DNA from: an uncultured Clostridia bacterium
Lineage (GTDB): Bacteria; Bacillota; Clostridia; Christensenellales; Borkfalkiaceae
Assembly (NCBI GenBank): GCA_947628675.1
Contig: CANRAR010000003.1
Location: 11,114-75,113, forward strand
Reading direction: 5' to 3'
DNA length: 64,000 nt
Part shown: positions 61,891 to 64,000 of the stretch, in pieces
Position numbering within the stretch: position 1 is the first letter of the stretch
Layout of the letters: each line of letters begins with the position of its first letter
Made by a program: the position numbers and the translations under genes
The notes under the pieces: generated by a model
Told to the model about the DNA's origin: nothing
Database searches by the model: none
Seen by the model: only the letters and a program-made list of their open reading frames with translations

Positions 61891-64000
61891 ATGACAGGGG
61901 GTAGGAAAAAACTGCTCGGCGCGCTCGCCGCCGTGATGATACTTGCCATTGCGGCGGGCGCGGGAGCCGCTCTCATTGCGCGGCGGGCGGATACGGAACG
62001 GGGCAAGGTAGATGACTTTTGGGCGGCAGAGGAGACGGGCGGCGCGCTTTCGCTCGATTGGGAACCCCCTTGCGGCGATTTGAAAAATGCGGAAAATTGC
62101 GCCAGCGTGGAGGAGGCGTCGCTGAAGATCGGCGGCGACGAGAAGCACGGTGCGCTCGCCGATGTTTGGGCGGCGGCGCAGGCGGCAGACGCGGCAACGG
62201 TGACGCTCCTGCGGGACGTCGAAATTTCGGCGACGCTCACGATGGAAGAGGGCGACGTCACGCTGGATCTGAACGGAAAGATGTTGAAGATGACGGGCGC
62301 GGGGAGCGTACTTGCGGTGGCGGGCGGCTCGCTCACCCTGCGGGACGGCGCGCCCGAGGCGGGCAGCCATGAAGTGCGGGGCGGCGCGTCCGATGTTACG
62401 ATCGCGGGCGGCGTCATCACGGGCGGAAACCGTGCAAACGGCGGCGGCATAGAGGTGAGCGGGGGCTCGTTCACCCTTGCGGGCGGCACCGTTGCGGGCA
62501 ACACCGCTTCAAAGGCCGGCGGCGGCGTGTATGCGGCGGGCGGCAAAGTTACGGTGACGGGCGGCACGGTCTCCCACAACCGGGCGGCGCGCGGCGGCGG
62601 GGTGGAAGTCGGCAGTGGCGCGTTCGAAATGACGGGCGGCGCCGTACAAAACAACGCGGCGGAGCAGGGCGCCGACGTGGATGTGCAGGGGGATGCGGGC
62701 GAGCCCGTTTCCCTCGCGTGGGGCGGCGGCGAGATGGGCACCGTCTGCCTCGGGGCGGGCGCGTGGATTTCGGTGAGAAGCCCCGTGAATGCGCCCCGCG
62801 AGAAAATCGTAATCGAAGCGCCGATCGGGGATGTTCCCTCCAAGGTGCTCGCGTGGGAGGAGGGGACTGCCGACCCGACTGCGTACTTTTCGAGCGCGGA
62901 CGCGGGGGCGTGTTTTTATGCCGAGGGCGCGGCGGCGTTCATCGGCAAGCACAGCGTGGTGCAGGCCGAACCTCCGACATGGGTGGGGCATACGCGCGCG
63001 GAATTTCGCCTCGAATGCGGACATGGGTGCGGCAAAGAAGCTCTCGTGGCGCTCGAAGGGGAGCGCATCGAAGAGACTTTTTCGGCGGCGACCTGTACAC
63101 GGGCGGGGCATACGGCGTATCGGGCGGAGGTGCGGCTCTCCGACCTCGACGGGTTCGACCCGCGCGATACGCAGTTTGCGGAGACGGTTTCGGCGGAGAC
63201 CATGTCCGAGGCGGGCGCCTCTCCACAGGGGCACACGTGGGAATACGCCGCGGAGGGCGCGGTGCTTACGGCGACGTGCACAAATCCCGCGCATCGGGAG
63301 GAGGCGGACGGCGCGAAAATTATCACCGCCACGCTGACAGAGCCCGCGGCTGCCACCTATACGGGCGAGGACATCGAGGCGAGCGTCAAGGTGGAGGGCG
63401 GCGAGTTTCCCGGCGGCTACTACATCGACTACGAGTACAAGCGCGACGCGAATTCGAAATACGCGGAGACTTGGTCGTACGCCGCGCCGGGCTATTACAG
63501 AGCCACGCTGACGGCGGCGGGCGACAGGGCGGCAAAGCGAGCCGCCGCGACCCTCGAATACATCATCGAAAGGGCGCCGCTGCGGTTGAAGATTCAAGGC
63601 GCGACGGTCGAGTACGGCGATGCCGACCCGCAGGCGACGATCTCCTACGTGGACGGGCTCCTGGGGTATGACGCCGAAATGATCGACGGAAAAAAGTTCG
63701 ACGAGGCTCTAAAGAAGGCGGTCACCTTCCGGTTCGGCGGCTATGAGGCGGGCGCGGCGCGGCGGAAGACCTTCGAAGTGACCGCGACGGTGGACGCCGG
63801 TGCGCTCGCAAAGCGGGGCGTGAACATCGACCTCGAAAATTATAAGTTTCTCGTGGAGGGATGCAGGCTGGAAATTGCGCCGCGCAAAATTACGGTGACG
63901 CTCGCCTTTGCCTCCATGACCTACGGCGACGAGCCCGACGGAGGCTGGGTGCGGGCGGAAGCCGTACGCGACGGCCTGGGAACGTGGTATGCCGCGACGG
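61891..64000 (+). CDS. Large surface protein, partial (beta-helix Gly-rich repeats followed by MBG-type repeats); runs off the window end
   Basis: Own translation from ATG 61891: MTGGRKKLLGALAAVMILAIAAGAGAALIARR..., then repeated GG.V..NRA..GGGV.V.GG.F.M.GG blocks, later APLRLKIQGATVEYGDADPQ...ENYKFLVEGCRLEIAPRKITV. No stop before 64000, so it is not in the ORF track. Confidence 0.7.
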   Translation, partial: MTGGRKKLLGALAAVMILAIAAGAGAALIARRADTERGKVDDFWAAEETGGALSLDWEPPCGDLKNAENCASVEEASLKIGGDEKHGALADVWAAAQAADAATVTLLRDVEISATLTMEEGDVTLDLNGKMLKMTGAGSVLAVAGGSLTLRDGAPEAGSHEVRGGASDVTIAGGVITGGNRANGGGIEVSGGSFTLAGGTVAGNTASKAGGGVYAAGGKVTVTGGTVSHNRAARGGGVEVGSGAFEMTGGAVQNNAAEQGADVDVQGDAGEPVSLAWGGGEMGTVCLGAGAWISVRSPVNAPREKIVIEAPIGDVPSKVLAWEEGTADPTAYFSSADAGACFYAEGAAAFIGKHSVVQAEPPTWVGHTRAEFRLECGHGCGKEALVALEGERIEETFSAATCTRAGHTAYRAEVRLSDLDGFDPRDTQFAETVSAETMSEAGASPQGHTWEYAAEGAVLTATCTNPAHREEADGAKIITATLTEPAAATYTGEDIEASVKVEGGEFPGGYYIDYEYKRDANSKYAETWSYAAPGYYRATLTAAGDRAAKRAAATLEYIIERAPLRLKIQGATVEYGDADPQATISYVDGLLGYDAEMIDGKKFDEALKKAVTFRFGGYEAGAARRKTFEVTATVDAGALAKRGVNIDLENYKFLVEGCRLEIAPRKITVTLAFASMTYGDEPDGGWVRAEAVRDGLGTWYAAT

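Overview
This 64-kb chromosomal window comes from a high-GC genome. Gene content points to a spore-forming Bacillota (Clostridia-like) organism: pro-sigma-K, a T-box leader, HelD, RqcP/YabO, PlsY, type III glutamine synthetase and rpoB-rpoC. All composition and identity statements are by eye; nothing was computed.

I can support about 47 protein genes, one type-A RNase P RNA with an unusually long P12 arm, and one T-box leader (Asn) in front of asnB. I also call several near-consensus sigma-A promoters and hairpin terminators. I found no tRNA, rRNA, CRISPR array, transposase or integrase. Most long ORFs in the track that lie antisense to these genes look like high-GC artefacts.

Three things stand out:
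1. A ~2.9-kb AT-rich island (35.8-38.7 kb) sits between tag and radA. It carries a two-gene operon: an HTH / ankyrin-like / HEPN-like (RNSIVH) protein and a 252-aa partner I cannot recognise. This is my best candidate for an undescribed toxin or defence module.
2. A family of ~340-380-nt non-coding, hairpin-dense elements occurs in 3-4 copies (7.7, 32.2, 32.5 and 41.6 kb). I cannot assign it to any RNA or IS class.
3. Intergenic DNA is unusually long and is a mosaic of at least five more short GC-rich repeat families. One of these also forms the expanded P12 arm of rnpB and sits in a partial rnpB duplication just downstream.

Smaller oddities:
- Two paralogous XRE / zinc-ribbon membrane-protein modules.
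- Arrays of CGGARAAT-type short repeats, and 65-67-nt perfect palindromes.
- A decayed methylase-HNH remnant in a second AT-rich patch.
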